Assembly (NCBI GenBank): GCA_030390025.1
Contig: CM059432.1
Location: forward strand, 49,912,001-49,976,000
Source: Squalus acanthias
Lineage: Eukaryota
Length of the DNA stretch: 64,000 nucleotides
Direction of reading: 5' to 3'
Of this stretch, positions 12,801 through 27,080 are shown piece after piece. A model generated the notes under the pieces. The model worked only from the letters and a program-made list of their open reading frames with translations, was not told the origin of the DNA and did no database searches. Position numbers and translations under genes: made by a program. Numbering within the stretch: position 1 is the stretch's first letter; every line of letters begins with the position of its first letter.

Positions 12801-14803
12801 AGGTTTATTGGGCCTATTAAAAATACTTAAGTTCTAATGAAAAAGGCACATAAAGGTCATCTTTAAATGCAAGTTCACACAATCTGGAAAATTACATCTG
12901 ACCATTGGATCTTTACCGCCTGGCTGGACAAGCCCAGGAAAATCTCCAGCTTCCAGATCATTTCTTTTATACTTTATTGTCTTAATTTACCTCAGACAAT
13001 TTTCCCTCAGCAGCCTCAGGGACCTCAGGGATCAGCACCTCACAGAAGATACCAGGTGAGAAGGTTGCTCGTAGGAGGCCTTACCCACCACACAGGGTCT
13101 ACAGGCCCAGAGTAACTTTCCTGGACCTGACTGAGGAACAGTGTCTCAAGAGGCTTTGCTTCACCAGGCAGGTTGTCTTAGACATCTGTAAACTCCTCCA
13201 TACAATCAGCCATAGTGATGAAACTCCTTGGCAGGCCTTTCACACATGGAATTGAGGAAAATCATGTTAGAGTGTGTGATATATCCAAAAGTCAAAATAT
13301 AGTACTAGAGTCTCCTTTAATCCCTGGACTTGCTACAAACGAACTAAACAATGGACACATTCCAGGTCATAGACAGAGTGGGCTCATCTTCAAATGATGA
13401 TTTGCCTGAGAAAAATGTGTGAAGTTAAGAGCCAAGAACATAACATTTACATTGGTGTAAGCTAAAATATATTATAACAAATATGCGCATAGACTGCACA
13501 GAAAAGGTTTATTTCAATGGCTGAGAAGCTATGATGTCTACCATAATAAACAACCTGACAATATCATGTAAATTCACACTTATAATATCCTATGTTCAGA
13601 AGTATTTGCTGTGCTTCAAGTAAATTGATTAAATTAGCAGAAAGAAAGTAAGGCCCCCCGCACCCGCCCACCTCACAGCTTCACACTTGGGAGCCGTTCC
13701 CAGCTCCCTAGAGTCTTTTGGAGTTGTGCAGTCAAATAATTTATTTGATTTTCCTTGTTACTGTTTCTATGTTCAGTGTCTCATTTTCTTTTACAAACCA
13801 ATTGTTTATTTTCCATTTTCATATACAAATTTGAACCCTCCATCATGTCGCCTGTACACCCTCCTATGTGAAGCTCTTACATTTGCGGAATTCTCTGTCA
13901 CACAACGTGCACTTTAGAACCCTACCATGAACAAAACAATTTATATCGAAGGTGGCTTGGCTTTTGATAGTTGTAACCTTTAAGTTCCTTCAGAAGAGAA
14001 TTACATTTCCAACCTTTTTCCCAATGTACGTATTCTGCATGAAATGCAATTAGGTTGATTGCACTTACTTAAGAACATAAGAACATAAGAATTAGGAGCA
14101 GGAGTAGGCCATACGACCTTTCGAGCCTGCTCCGCCATTCAATGAGATCATGGCTGATCTTCGATCTCAGCTCCAATTTCCCGCCTGAACCCCATATCCT
14201 TGATTCCCATCGTGTCCAAAAATCTATCTACCTCAGCCTTGAATATACTCAACGACCGAGATTTTGCTCACCTCGGCGGGTCAAGTGTGGCCGGTGTCGG
14301 TGGAGGGTCGCGGTCCCGCTGCTGGCTCCATCCCACTGCCTAAAATGAACTTACCTCATTGGGGTTCTTAAGCCTGCCCAGCGTGTTTCCCGGCCCAATT
14401 AGATGGAGCGGGTCTGGTGACGTCATTCATGACGCATCTTGAGCCAGTTTCCTTAAAGTCACCATGACCACCTTACTTTTAACATTTGTGCTGTCAGTGT
14501 GCTACAGCATTGAAGAGCTGCAAACACTGACAATGACTGCACAGAGGTGCAGGGCTGCACCCAGGTTCTCCCATGACTCCCTCCATATGCTTGTGGAGGG
14601 AGTCAGGGCACGCAGGGAGGTCTCTTCCCTTCCCATGGGTGGAAGAGACCTCCCCAGGAGACCAAGACAGCCTGGTTGCACGTTGCACAGGAGGTCACAA
14701 GCAGGGATGTCATCAGGAGGACCTGGGTGCAGTGGTGCAAACCTTTCAATTATCTCATTAGATCAGGAAACGTGAGTACAAAGCCACACTCACCTTCATC
14801 CTG

Positions 14804-14975
14804 GGTCAAAATCCTGGAACTCCCTACTTAACAGCACTGTGGGAGTACCTTCACCACACGGACTGCAGCGGTTCAAGAGGTGGCTCACCACCACCTTCTC
14901 ATGGGCAACTAGGGATGGGCAATAAATGCTGGCCTTGCCAGCAACACCCACATCCCAGGAACAAATAAAAAAAAA
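14804..14975 (+). mobile_element. 3' end of a CR1/L2-group LINE with A-tail
   Basis: WNSL..STVG..GLQRFK..HHHLL.GN* followed by poly(A). TSD ATCCTG. The empty site is visible in the sister element at about 28208. Confidence 0.85.
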
Positions 14976-15628
14976 ATCCTGCTGTGCCTCTCATCACATC
15001 CCCATCACTCTGCCTTCCCTACTCTACTCTTGCACGTCCTTACTCACACCAACTTACCGTTCAGCTCCACTCACCCTCTCTATCTACATTATCACTTCCA
15101 CATCTCACCAGCCACCCCTCACACTCACCCTCATCCTAATGTAATCATACCAACTAACAACACACAAGGGTAGCCACTCGGGTGTTTTATCCAATGTTCA
15201 TGTAAAGTTTCTGTTAATGTGCTGTTAAACATTGAAACCTTTATTTTCAACACTTTGCGTTCTTGGACAGATTTGTGCATACCTTTGGAAGTGGCTTAGT
15301 GAGTTGCAGCGAATGGTGAGACATAACGGTAGCCACGCAATGGTGATGAGTGTGAAAGGAATGGCTCCCACCTCAGGTTAACAGATGTGGTCCATGAGCA
15401 GCGTGGACCCCGTGGACGAGCAGTTAAAGTTAAAAGGTAAGGTTAAAACCATTATTAAGGGTCTGTCAACAAGCCAATAATTGCTTTAATTGGGTCGCCC
15501 ACCTCTGTGGGTCAGTTCCGATCTGAGATCACAGATGTGCCATTGAGAAAGGCGTGTTGCGGTGGGATGACAGCGGGTTCCTGACCCACTGTCAAAAAAA
15601 TCAAATTTCCCACCCGACCTGCCACCGA

Positions 15629-16054
15629 CAACACAGTGGCATAGTGGTTAGCACTGGTGCCTCACAGCGCCAGAGACCCGGGTTCGAATCTGACCTCGGG
15701 TGACTGTCTGTGTGGAGTTTGCACATTCTCCCCGTGTCTGCGTGGGTTTCCTCCGGGTGCTCCGGTTTCCTCCCACAGTCCAAAAATGTGCGGGTTAGGT
15801 TGATTTGGCTATGATAAATTGACCCTTAGTGTTAGGGGGGGATTAAATATGTGGGGTTATGGGGATAGGATGGGATATGTTAGGGGGAATTAAATACGTG
15901 GGGTTATGGGGGTAGGGTGGGATATGTGTACTGTGGGGATTAAAGCAGGGACAGGGTACTGGATTTGGATGATCAGCCATGATCGTATTGAATGGTGGAG
16001 CAGGCTCGACGGGCCGAATGGCCTACTCCTGCTCCTAGATTCTATGTTTCTATG
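15629..16054 (+). mobile_element. HE1-like V-SINE (tRNA head, V domain, CR1 tail)
   Basis: A/B boxes TGGCATAGTGG and GGTTCGAATC, V core GTGTGGAGTTTGCACATTCTCCCCGTGTCTGCGTGGGTTTCCTCCGG and a CR1-type tail ending TTCTATGT repeats. Confidence 0.9.
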
Positions 16055-18084
16055 ACCCCACCCGCTGACCCCCCAGGAAATTCCAACCAATGGCTGAGCA
16101 TCCACAGCCCTTTGAGGTAGAAAATTCCAAAGATTCACAACCCTCTGACTGAAGAAGTTCCTCCTCATCTCAGTCTTAAATGGCCGACCCCTTATCCTGA
16201 GACTATGCCCCCTAGTTCTAGACTCTCCAGCCAGGGGAAACAACCACTCAGCAACTACCCTGTCAATTCCCTTCAGAATCTTGTAAGTTTCAATGAGATC
16301 ACCTCTCATTCTTCTAAACTCCAGAGAGTATAGGCCCATTCTACTCAATCTCTCCTCATAGAACAACCCTCTCATCCCAGGGATCAATCTAGTGAACCTT
16401 CGTTGCACTGTCTCTAAGGCATGCATGTCCTTTCTCAGATAAGGAGACCAAAACTGCGCACAGTACTCCAGGTGTGGTCTCACCAAAGCCCTGTACAATT
16501 GTAGTAAGACTTCCTTACTCTTGTACTCCAACCCCCTTGCAATAAAAGCCAACATGCCATTTGCCTTCCTAATTGCTTGCTGTACCTGCATGTACCTTGC
16601 CTGTTACTGGAGCAAGCAACAGTGTTAGAGAAATTCACTAATATTGTTTAACAATGGCTCATAATACATTGGCATGATTGTAACACTTGGCTTATGTTGC
16701 AAATTCTGTCGGGAGTAAAAAGAAATTACTTGAAATGTATTGGCTTTAGTCTGTAAGTGGTAATAAAGGCTGGTCTGTGTGTAACTCCTTCCACAGACCT
16801 TATCCTCGACTCAATCTCACTTATTTAATCTTCTGAGGAAAAATTAGGCATAATTTCTCCCTAACCCCATATGGTAATCAGAATTACTCTCCCACGAACA
16901 ACCATCAGTTTATAATTAAGTCAATCATCCATACACTCGCTCTCATCTTCAGCAAATACCTACAGCCATGGCACCTTCCTCACAAGTACAAAAATAGCTG
17001 GTAGTACCCATCTGATCTACAAAAGAATCTTATCCACCGTCAGTTAAGTAAAATAGAACCAAATAAAGTTCCCCGCGAAGTTGAAGTCATGATAATCAGC
17101 ACTTGCACATATTGCTTCCATGACCAAGTGGCAACTGCGACTTCATTCAGCGACCCTCTGTAATATCTACAGACCATTTATTCATTTTTTAAATTACTGT
17201 TGCGCAAACTAGCTAAAGAGCCAAGCCTCATAGGTGAAACAAGCAGGATGGGAAATAAAGTAAATCTGGAAATAGTAATTAAGTGACACCAAGCTTGGGT
17301 TTTACAGGCCTGAAGATTGTAGAAGGGAGAAAGGAACGACCGAGTTAGAGTAGAAAATGTGCAATAATTCTTCTTTCAACTGAGGATTCCTGGAGGAGAA
17401 AGCGCATGCAAGGCAATGTATTAAGAGGAATCTATAGAGCTTCAGATTTTTTTTGATGGATTGTATAAAACTGCTGGCATCTTTATAGTATTCTTAGCAT
17501 CTATACATGATTGTAATATGGGGAGAGGGGGCAGAATAAATGTTACAGGCACATATTGAATGATCTGGGGATTTTCTGATTATTGTGCTTAAATAGTTAG
17601 AAAGGGATGTTCAATGAATCTAACAAAAGATCTGAACTAAACTTTGAAGAGCTAGGTGGTTCAGTAAGACCGAGCAATGGATAATATTCACATTTAAAGA
17701 CAGATTACATAGCAGAATGGCTTATGCATCCATGGGTCAATAGAAATTATTCATGGTGCAGCATTATCATCTGTAGAAGCACTGCTGTATTTACAGTGAA
17801 ATGTTTCAAAGGGTAATTCAGCTGGGAGGTATTTTTACATTTGATTGTAGGCAGAATATTGGCTTATTCTGCACTTTTCAGGCCAATTTCTCACTAGTTA
17901 TAATTCATGCTGAGGAAGCAATGTGTAGGATAAAAAAGACCTATTATTTTTGATAACTGTCTATATTACATTGATCTCTACTTTGCAGCAGACCAAAACC
18001 GAAAAAAGCTTTGAAAATTCACTTCAGCCTTCAGATGCGCACCGTCAGTTCAAGCTTGCTAAAGGAGACCTGTATAAAGAGACC

Positions 18085-18510
18085 AAAAGAAAATACTGCA
18101 GATGCTGGAAATCTGAAATAAAAGCAGAAAATGCTGGAGCTACTCAGCAGGTCAGGCAGCATCTGTGAAGAGAGAAACAGAGTTAACGTTTCAAGTCGAT
18201 GACCTTTCGTCAGGACTGGAAAAAAGCAGGAAATGGACAGATTTTTAAGCAAGTGTAGGAGCTGGGAAAGGGGGGAGGGGATGAAAGAACAAAAGGAAAG
18301 GTCTGTGATAGGGTAGAAGTCAGGAGAGGTAAGAGACATAAGGGACATTAAGAGATATTCAAGGCAAAAGGAGATGGTAATGGGACAGGTTAAGAAACAA
18401 AAGATGGCTCTAGATGAAGTGTAAATTGTGCTGGCAGAATGAAAGACAGCTGCCATGTGGGAGAGAAGAAAAGAAAACACAAACAGTAAAAAAGTGTGGG
18501 AAAAAAATGT
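18085..18510 (-). mobile_element. Penelope-like element pseudo-LTR fragment
   Basis: Near-identical, in inverted orientation, to 32490-32775 joined to 40986-41086. It contains a minimal hammerhead motif. Confidence 0.8.
18181..18217 (-). ncRNA. Minimal type I hammerhead ribozyme motif
   Basis: AGTC-CTGACGA-A-AGGTC-ATC-GACTT-GAAA-CGTT-AACT: CUGANGA and GAAA core boxes, stem II, palindromic stem III and stem I with one mismatch. Confidence 0.7.
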
Positions 18511-18956
18511 ATATGATAGGGGCCGAGGTTAATCTCTGGACTCCGATTATGGCAGGAGTCGATGTCAGCGCTGCGCCCGTCGCAAAGCCATTTGCGCCCC
18601 ATTGGGCGCTAACAGGAGGCACAAGGGCACCCAATTTCGCCCCCCTCTTGTCCAAAACAAGTGCTATCTTCATTTCAATATTCTAAGAATGTTCCAATGA
18701 CATCACTTTGACAAGCTGCAATTTCCAGATATTTCTTCGAATGATCTTCATTTAAAATGGTTGTCCAAGTTTGCCAGGGTCTCAGGTGTTTAAAAGTTCA
18801 TTTAGAAAGCCCTAAAAGAAGATTCTTTGAACAACTTTCAGGCCAGTTCTGTACTGTTTCTCTTTGTTTTGTTTGTGCTGCTATGACTTAACTTTTCCCC
18901 AACAGCTGCATCATGCTACAGAGATTTTTTGGAGAAAGAAGACCACTGAAGGGATG

Positions 18957-21900
18957 CATAAGAACATAAGAACATAAGACCATAAGAAATAAGAGAGGAA
19001 TAGACCACTTGGCCCCTCGAGCCTGCTCCGCCATTCAATAAGATCATGGCTGATCTTCGGCTCAAAGCCACTTCCCTGCCTGCTCCCCATAACCCTTCAC
19101 TCCCTTATCTTGCAAAACTCTGTCTACCTCCACCTTAAATATATTTAATGACCCAGCCTCCACAGCTCTCTGCGGCAGAGAATTCCACAGATTTACGACC
19201 CTCTGAGAGAAGAAATTCCTCCTCATCTCAGTTCTAAAAGGGCGACCCTTTATTCTGAAACTATGCTCCCGAGTTCTAGATTTCCCCACGAGGGGAAACA
19301 TCCTCTCTGCATCTACCTGTCGAGACCCCTCAGTATATTATATGTTTCAATAAGATCACCTCTCATTCTTCTAAATTCCAATGAGTATAGGCCCAACCTG
19401 CTCAACCTTTCCTCATAAGTCAACCCCCTCATCTCTGGAATTAACCTAGTGAATCGTCTCTGAACTGCCTCCAATGCAAGTATATCCTTCCTTAAATAAG
19501 GAGACCAAAACTGTACGCAGTACTCAAGGTGTGGTCTCACCAATACCCTGTACAGTTGTAGCAGGACTTCCCTGCTTTTATACTCCAACCCCCTTGAAAT
19601 AATGGCCAACATTCCATTTGCCTTTTTGATTACTTGCTGTACCTGCATGCTAACTTTTTGTGTTTCATGCAAAGGGACCCCCAGGTCCCTCTGAACTGTA
19701 GCATTTTGTAATCTCTCTCCATTTAAATAATAATTTGCTTTTTTATTTTTCCTGCCAAAGTGGATAACCTCACACTTTCCCACATTATACTCCATCTACC
19801 AAATGCTTGCCCACTCACTTAGCCTGTCTATATCCCTTTGCATATTCTTTGAGTCCTCTACACAACTTGCTTTCCCACCCATCTTTGTATCATCCGCAAA
19901 CTTGGCTACATTACACTCGGTCCCTTCATCCAAGTTATTAATGTAGGTTGTAAATAGTTGAGGCCCCAGCACCGATCCCTGTGGCACCCCACTAGTTACC
20001 GTTTGCCAACTGGAAAATGACCCATTTATCCTGACTCTCTGCTTTCTGTTAGTTAGCCAATTCTCTATCCATGCTAATATATTACCCCCAACTCCGTGAG
20101 CTCTTATCTTATGCAGTAACCTTTTATGTGGCACCTTATCAAATGCCTTCTGGAAATCCAAATACACCACACCCACTGGCTCACCTTTGTCCACCCTACT
20201 CGTTACATCCTCAAAGAACTCCAACAAATTTGTTAAACATGATTTCCCTTTCATAAAACTATGCTGACTCTGCTTGACTGCATTATGATTTTCCAAATGC
20301 CCTGCTACTGCTTCCTTAATGAAGGACTCCAGCATTTTCTCAACAACAGATGATAGGCTAACTGGTCTATAGTTTCCTGCTTTCTGTCTCCCTCCTTTCT
20401 TAAATAGGGATGTTACATTTGCAGTTTTCCAATCCGCTGGGACCTCTCCAGAGTCCAGGGAATTTTGGTATAGTACAACCAATACATCCACTATCTTTGT
20501 AGCCACTTCTTTTAAGACCCTGGGATGCAGGCTATCTGGTCCAGGGGACTTGTCGTCTTTTAGTCCCATTATTTTACCAAGTCCTATTTCCTTAGTGATA
20601 GTGATTGTCTTTAGCTCCCCCCTCCCTGTGGCCCCTTGATTATCCATTATTTGTATGTTGTTGGTGTCTTCTACCATAAAGACAGATACAAAATATTTGT
20701 TCAGAGTCTCTGCCATTTCCCTGTGCCCCATTATTAATTCCCCAGTCTCATCCTCTAAGGGGCCAATGTTTACTTTAGCTACTCTCTTCCTTTTTATATA
20801 CCTGTAGAAGCTCTTACTATCTGTTTCAATATTTCTTGCCAGTTTACTCTCATAATCATCTACTTTCTCTTTATTATTTTTTTAGTCATCCTTTGCTGGT
20901 TTTAAAAAATTTCCCAATCCTCTGGTCTCCCACCAAGACATTGTATGCCTTCGTTTTCAATTTGATATCATCCTTTACTTCCTTAGTTAGCCACAGGATG
21001 GTGCTCCCTTCGCTTAAAATCTTTCTTTCTCACTGGAATATATTTTTGTTGAGAGTTATGAAATATCTCCTTAAATGTCCGCCATTGCATTTCAACTGTC
21101 TTACCCTTTAATTTATTTTTCTAGTCCACTTTAGCCAGTTCTGCCCTCATGCAATTGTAATTGCCTTTGTTTAAGATCAGGACACTGGTTTGAGATACTA
21201 CTTTCTCACCCTCCAACTGAATTTGAAAGTCAACCATGCTATGATCACTCTTTCCGAGAGGATCCTTTACTATGAGATCATTTATTAATTCTGTCTCATT
21301 ACACAGTACCAGATCCAAGATAGCCTGCTCCCTGGTTGGTTCCATTACATACTGTTCGAGGAAAACATCCCGGATGCACTCTATGAACTCCTCCTCAAGG
21401 CTACCATGGCCAATTTGATTTGTCCAATCAATATGGAGATTAAAATCACCCATGATTATTACTGTACCTTTTTTACAGGCCTCCATTATTTGTTGATTTA
21501 TACTCTGTCCAATAGTATTGCTACTGTTCGGGGGCCTGCAGACTACGTCCACCAGAGACTTTTTCCCCTTATTATTTTTTATCTCCACCCAAACCGATTC
21601 TACATCTTGATCTTCTGAGCCAATATCACTTCTCACCACTGCACTGATCCCATCCTTTACCAACAAAGCCACCCCACCTCCCTTTCCTTTCTGTCTATCC
21701 TTCCGAATTGTCAAATATCCTGGAATATTCAGTTCCCAGCCCTGGTTACCTTGCAACCACATATCTGTAATGGCGATCAGATCATACCCATTTGTATCTA
21801 TTTTTGTCGTCAACTCATCTATCTTGTTACAAATGCTGCGTGCATTCAGATATAGAGCTTTCAACTTTGTCTTTTTACCATTTCTGCTTGTTTTGGCCCC

Positions 21901-22053
21901 ATTTTCTGTTGCACTCTTATTTTTAAACATTCTGTCCCTTCCTGTCACACTCTGGTTATTATTTCCCCCATCTCTATCCTGCTCTATTGCTTTCTCATTT
22001 CTCATTGACTTTTTAAATTCCCGCTCACTTGGACCCTCACCCCCACTATTTAG
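18957..22053 (-). mobile_element. CR1 LINE with nearly complete but disrupted ORF2 (APE endonuclease + RT)
   Basis: ORFs 22005-21121 (YLNARS, GDFN, SDH), 20731-19796 (GVPQGSVLGP, FADD), 19795-19313 and 19301-19062. TAAGAACA tail. Confidence 0.96.
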
Positions 22054-22054
22054 T

Positions 22055-23260
22055 TTAGTTTATGCCAGCCAGATCAAGCTGCACCAGAGACACTCTGCAT
22101 CCATCCACTAAAATATACAGGCAGAGTGCACCTTCATTAGTCAGAGGAGCAGTACCTGGTGGAGGCTTTAATTTACAAGGGACGCTATGACTGTTATGTT
22201 GCATGCTCCAAGAAAATTTGTAGCCAAAGTCCGCCATAAGCACAGCCAGTAGCTGTCAAGATCACCAATGTCCTTGACTTTTATGCTTTGAGATCATTTC
22301 AAGCTGCATTTATTGATAGATGTATAAAGCAAATAATGGATGTCTTGTTTTTTGGATTTCCAATGGTCCAGAGGATTATAATTGCACCTATCTGGCCCTA
22401 CATGTCCTCTCATGCAATGCTACATGAATCGAACAGGATTTCACTGTCTCAAAGTTCTGGTCATTTGCAATCATAAGCATCAGATTATATACATCTATAT
22501 TCACTTTCCAGGCAACTGTCACAAAGCCTTCATTTTAAGGAAGTCCACTGACCCATCCATATTTAACCACCAAAGGCAAATCTAAAGGTGGTCCTTGGGC
22601 AGTCAAGGTTATCCATTGGAGGCATGACTCGTGATACCTGTGCCGTACCACAGGACACCAGCTGAGCATAGGTGTAATGAGGTGCTAGCATCCACTCGAG
22701 TAATCACTGAGCACAGTATTGGCAAGTTGAACAATACCTCAGGTGGCTGGTTAGAAATGGGGCTGTCTGCCCCTTACAAGGCTAATGGTGGGCCAAGGGT
22801 GAGGCCAGGGGTGGGGACTCCCTAAGATGAGAGTTCCCGTTCTTGGCTGTGGATGGGAACCTGGAGTAGCAGTGGCGACTGGTACACTGAGTGAGGTGAG
22901 GCATACTGGCCTCCACAAGGTGCATGTGGGTTCCATAGTAGGGTTCGTGCCTGGCAAGTGGCCTGAACACCTGAAAGGAAAAAAAGTGTTCTCTGATCAG
23001 CCTCCTTGCTCAGGGGCCAATCAGAGTAGTGGCATAGAGGACAGGGCAACCCCTCTCCCCTACCTCGTGGGCAGGGCACCTGAGTTTCCAACAGCATGAG
23101 TCAGATAGGTGCAAAAGATTCACCCGAAGTTTCACCTGCGCCCGCCTGCCTTATGCAAATAACGTACCCTCCCACTGACCCTGCAAATTCTAGTGGCGAT
23201 TGGAGGGAACCAGCTGGTGTAATCCCAGCACAACAGCTCGTGAAATCTCGGGGCTGTAAA
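22055..23260 (+). mobile_element. Highly decayed Harbinger transposase region and terminus
   Basis: Remnants of IYRQ...EEQ, GFPMVQ, HIHFPGNCHKAFIL, LGSQGYPL and NEVLASTRVITEHSIG. A terminus-like GAAATCTCGGGGC lies at about 23250. Confidence 0.65.
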
Positions 23261-23734
23261 ATCTAATGCTTTTTCAGGTTGAAATTAACAAATGGCTTAA
23301 ATCATTTGGGTGCAATTCCTGTGTTTTCTATTTAAACTAGTTTAACCTGCTGAAAATAAATTGGTACTCTTTAAAATGATTGAGTTAATACCACCATTAA
23401 AATAGGAGCCAAAGAAAATGTCTTTGTGTTTGCTTCATGCTTCCTATTTTTTTTTATTGCAGGCACTATTCACCACCGCAGAAGGCAGGTGAGCAATCTG
23501 AACCCAGAAATCCTTGGTAACCAGGCACTAATTGACACCCTTTCCTTCACGTGGGAGAAGTGCTCAGCTTCTGTTTGCCAGATCCTCTCCTGACAAGACT
23601 GAGATGAGGAACTCATTGAACAGGGGATTGAGCACATAAACTCACATTCCACCACTCCGTGCTTTCTCAGTTGTAAATTTGTTCAGTCAGTCTAATGATT
23701 TCTTAAACATGCACTATTGTATGATAAATATGTT

Positions 23735-24065
23735 AACTCAAGACTGGATAAGATCGCTTGATGATTCCCCCAGATATTCTAGGTTTGATTCCCTGGACTG
23801 TGCTGAGTTAGCTGATCTCAGCTGCGGTGACATTAGGAGATGCAATAATTGGCCTCAGTGTCCCTGCATTAGGGAGGGGAAATTTGTCCAGAGTTCCCAT
23901 TCCTGATCACTATCCAGCAGTGCATGCATGGATGTTGAGACTTTGTTCAGCTGCGATACTCCCTGCAGTCACATAACCTGTGGACACTCAGCATCAAGCT
24001 CACACATAATGGCCACTTAGTCAAGGTGGTGGAAGATGCCTGACTCCATGGAATTGGACTCCACA
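23735..24065 (+). mobile_element. Old SINE-like repeat
   Basis: B-box-like GGTTTGATTCCC followed by the GCTGAGTTAGCTGATCTCAGC hairpin. Confidence 0.45.
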
Positions 24066-24939
24066 AAGGAGAACTGAGTGATGCCACTCCAGACAGATGA
24101 AAATTTTGCAGAGGAATCTTGCACTATAGATCCAACATGAAAACACAAAAAGCAAGTAGAAGAGCCCATTATCCAACTGTGCAATCCCAGCATGTAGGCT
24201 TGCTCACCGGGAGCACACATGTGGAAATTGGGGCCCCTGATTTTCATTAATTTGATGTACAATTCATTTTACTTACAGGCTAAGGCTGCGAATAGAGAGT
24301 AAGTAAATATGTGGCATAATGACGGTTAAAAGTGAAAAGGATTTTTTTTTTTAAATCTTGATTGTGAATGTTTAACTGAGAACAAGTGAGCTCAGACACT
24401 TGAAGAGTCACTTTGCTTCCTATAATTGTGTAGGTAGTTTGCCAAGTGGTTTACAGTGTTTAACATAGAATATCTGGCAATGTAGAGGCCAGTAGAGCAG
24501 CTGTGTTATTGGCAGTTTCTTTAGTGTGCTCCTTGTTCTGAAGATGAATAAAAATTTTGCAGGAAAACATTCACTAAATGCCTGAGCTATTATTCATGTA
24601 ATGACCCAATTGTCAGCATTTGCATCACTCCACAGAATCCACTTAAAGATAAAGTGCTTCTTTCGTAGGCTTAAATGGGTTGGTTTGGAAAACCATCATA
24701 AATCAAACAGGCACAACACCCTTTTTTGCATATCTCGAACGCATTTATCCAAAGGATGGCAGTAATACTAAAAAATAATCACCATCATTTTAATAGCTTT
24801 CCAAAAAATTACATTGTAGCATTTAAATAAGCTTTGCAAGCTTTTGCAGAAAGTAGAATACATCAGGTAGTTTGGACCTGATTTTAAAAAAACACTCGAG
24901 CTGAATCAGAAGTCGGTTATTCAATAGGAAGCGAGCCCT

Positions 24940-27080
24940 AATGCAAAGTCTAATGTCAGAATGGAGTGAAGTATTGAGTGGAATTTCATAGAGGTTAATG
25001 CTTGGACTCCTGTTGTTTTTAATCTACATTAATGACCTGGATATTGAAAATAAATTTAAACTTGTCAAATTTTCTGATGACACCAAAAGAGGAAGAACCG
25101 TAAGGAGAAATGATGCAGCTAAAGACTCTCACAATGATTTAGAAAAGCTATGCAAAGAGGTAGACAAATGTCAAATTAAATTCAAAACTGATAAATGGAA
25201 AGTATTGCACATTGGTTGTAAGAATGAGCTTGCTAAGTAGACAGTGAATGTGACTGAACAGGCAAAGGGAGACTTAGAAAGGGCTCTTGGAATAACAGTA
25301 TCTTCCCGATTTATGTTATCAAAATCTCTTCACTCTGAACATCTCTCAGATCTCCTCTTACCTTTCTTTATTCTAATTTTTAAAAAGCCCCAGTTTCTCC
25401 AGTCTCTCCTCATAACTAAAGCTTCTCATCCCTGGTATCAACTTCATTAATGTCCTCTGCATCCTCTCTATAGCCTTAGCATCTTTCCTAAAGTAAGGCG
25501 TGTAAAACTGGATGCATTATGCTAATTGCAGAATAAGCAATGATTTATATAGATTCAACATTACGGGCTGGATTTTGTCAATGGGGACGTGATGGAGGCG
25601 GGACTCCCACTTTTTGGGTTGTAGTCCCACCTCCATCGACTTGTGGCCAACCCACTGTATTTTCCCTTGATTGACCTTGTTAAGCTTGCCCAGCAGGCTT
25701 AGCAGGCCAATCAAGGATCCCTTGGATACAGGTGACATCAGCCATTGAAATTTCATCTGTCAAGAGCTTTTGACAGATGAAATTTCAGCATTTGACAGCT
25801 CTGTGAAGCTGTCAAACACTGACAATATGATTTCTAACGTGAGTCCCTGTACTTAGACTCAGTTAGAAATCAATCCAGCACAGAAAGCAGAGACTGCAGC
25901 TTTTGACAGCTCCGCGGCCATTCTGCTTTCTGTGCCGTGGATGTGAGGGACTCCCGACACCTTAAGGAAGCTAGCCTGCAGGGCAAAGTTAAGGTAAGTA
26001 AAAGTTCTTAAAACACTTTACACACACCAAACACACTTACCTCTGCACTCATGCACCCATCACTCACCTGCACACCGGACATCTCGACCCCTCCAAGCCC
26101 TCCAGAACGACAGTCCACCTCGCTAAATCGGCGTGGTTCGGACCTGTCGGGAAGCCCACACTTCAGGGCTAAAAATAGGGATTAGGCAAAAAACTGCCTG
26201 TTAACTACCTGTTAACAGGCAGTTTATTGGCACTAATCCCCTTCGCGCCTCGGGGAGGCGGGTCCCAGCACAGGTTGGGTACCCGCCTCCTGTGAAACTG
26301 GCATGGAGGTGGGTTGGGGGCGGGATGGGTTCGGGACCCCTGAATCTGCTATTTTCACACCACTCCTGCCTCCAAACCCGCCTCCACAGGCTGGTGAAAA
26401 TTGAGCCCTACCTCTTTCTTTTGTGCACAATACCCATATTTTAAGACCATTTGCCTTTTATACAGCTTTATCAATTTGTTCTCTCACTTTTAAAGATTTG
26501 TGCATCTATTGTATATGTCCTGGCCTTATTCTTCCTCCCAAAATGTATCAGCTCAGATTTCTCTGCATGAAATTACATCTGACATCTATCTGCTCAATCT
26601 ACTAAATTGCTTATATTCACATTTTCACAATTTAGAGAGAGTTCACGTAGGAGAATTTTCCCCTTTTGTAGACACTCCTCCCTATATTTTGCCCTCGCAT
26701 TAATATTCCCCAGTCCACCTTTGGATAATTAAAGTCACACATTATTATAGCCCTGTTCCTGTATTTGTCTCCCGCCTAAATTATCTGTACTCTGGAATGT
26801 TCAGTTCCAGTCCTGCCCTAGCTTAAGCCAAATCTCTGTTAATGCTGTTATATCATACCTCCCAAAGCAGTTTGTGTCTCTAGCTCATTAGTTTTATTTA
26901 CAATATCTTGTAGATGTATATACATACCTTAAACCTCCCTTTCTATTTGTCAATCTTACTCATGTCCTTCCTTCTCTCTGATCTGTTTTTCTCTTTTCTC
27001 TTTCCTGCATTCCTTGTCCTCTCTTTCTCCATCCTCATTTGGTTTTGTCCTTCCACCGTCATATTAATTTAAACTCTACT
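24940..27080. mobile_element. Old CR1 fragments in both orientations, interrupted by a MITE
   Basis: Plus strand: LGLLLFLIYINDL..KFSDDTK (24998-25240). Minus-strand CR1-like pieces at 25330-25564 and 26409-27080. Confidence 0.7.
25565..26408. mobile_element. Harbinger-type MITE
   Basis: TIRs GGGCTGGATTTT ... AAAATTGAGCCC with exact TSD TAC. Confidence 0.88.

Larger units (their letters stand above)
14254..16088 (+). mobile_element. Non-autonomous Harbinger carrying a Myb/SANT exon-1 remnant
   Basis: TIRs GACCGAGATTTT ... GAAATTCCAACC with TSD AAC/AAT. It encodes MTAQRCRAAPRFSHDSLHMLVEGVRARRE, homologous to 40713-40474. A sister copy lies at 27686-29413. Confidence 0.85.
14069..16592 (-). 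mobile_element. CR1 3' fragment split by a Harbinger derivative (CR1 pieces 14069-14253 and 16089-16592)
   Basis: TAAGAACA tail at 14069. ORF LVRPHLEYCAQFWSP...WNFLP. The halves rejoin as ...ACTCAA(C/T)G...CTGAGCATCC, as in the uninterrupted copy at about 1220. Confidence 0.92.

Noticed and set aside
15629..15700. tRNA gene
   Set aside because: It is the tRNA-derived head of a V-SINE. The same applies to the heads at about 57420-57486 and 42740-42800.
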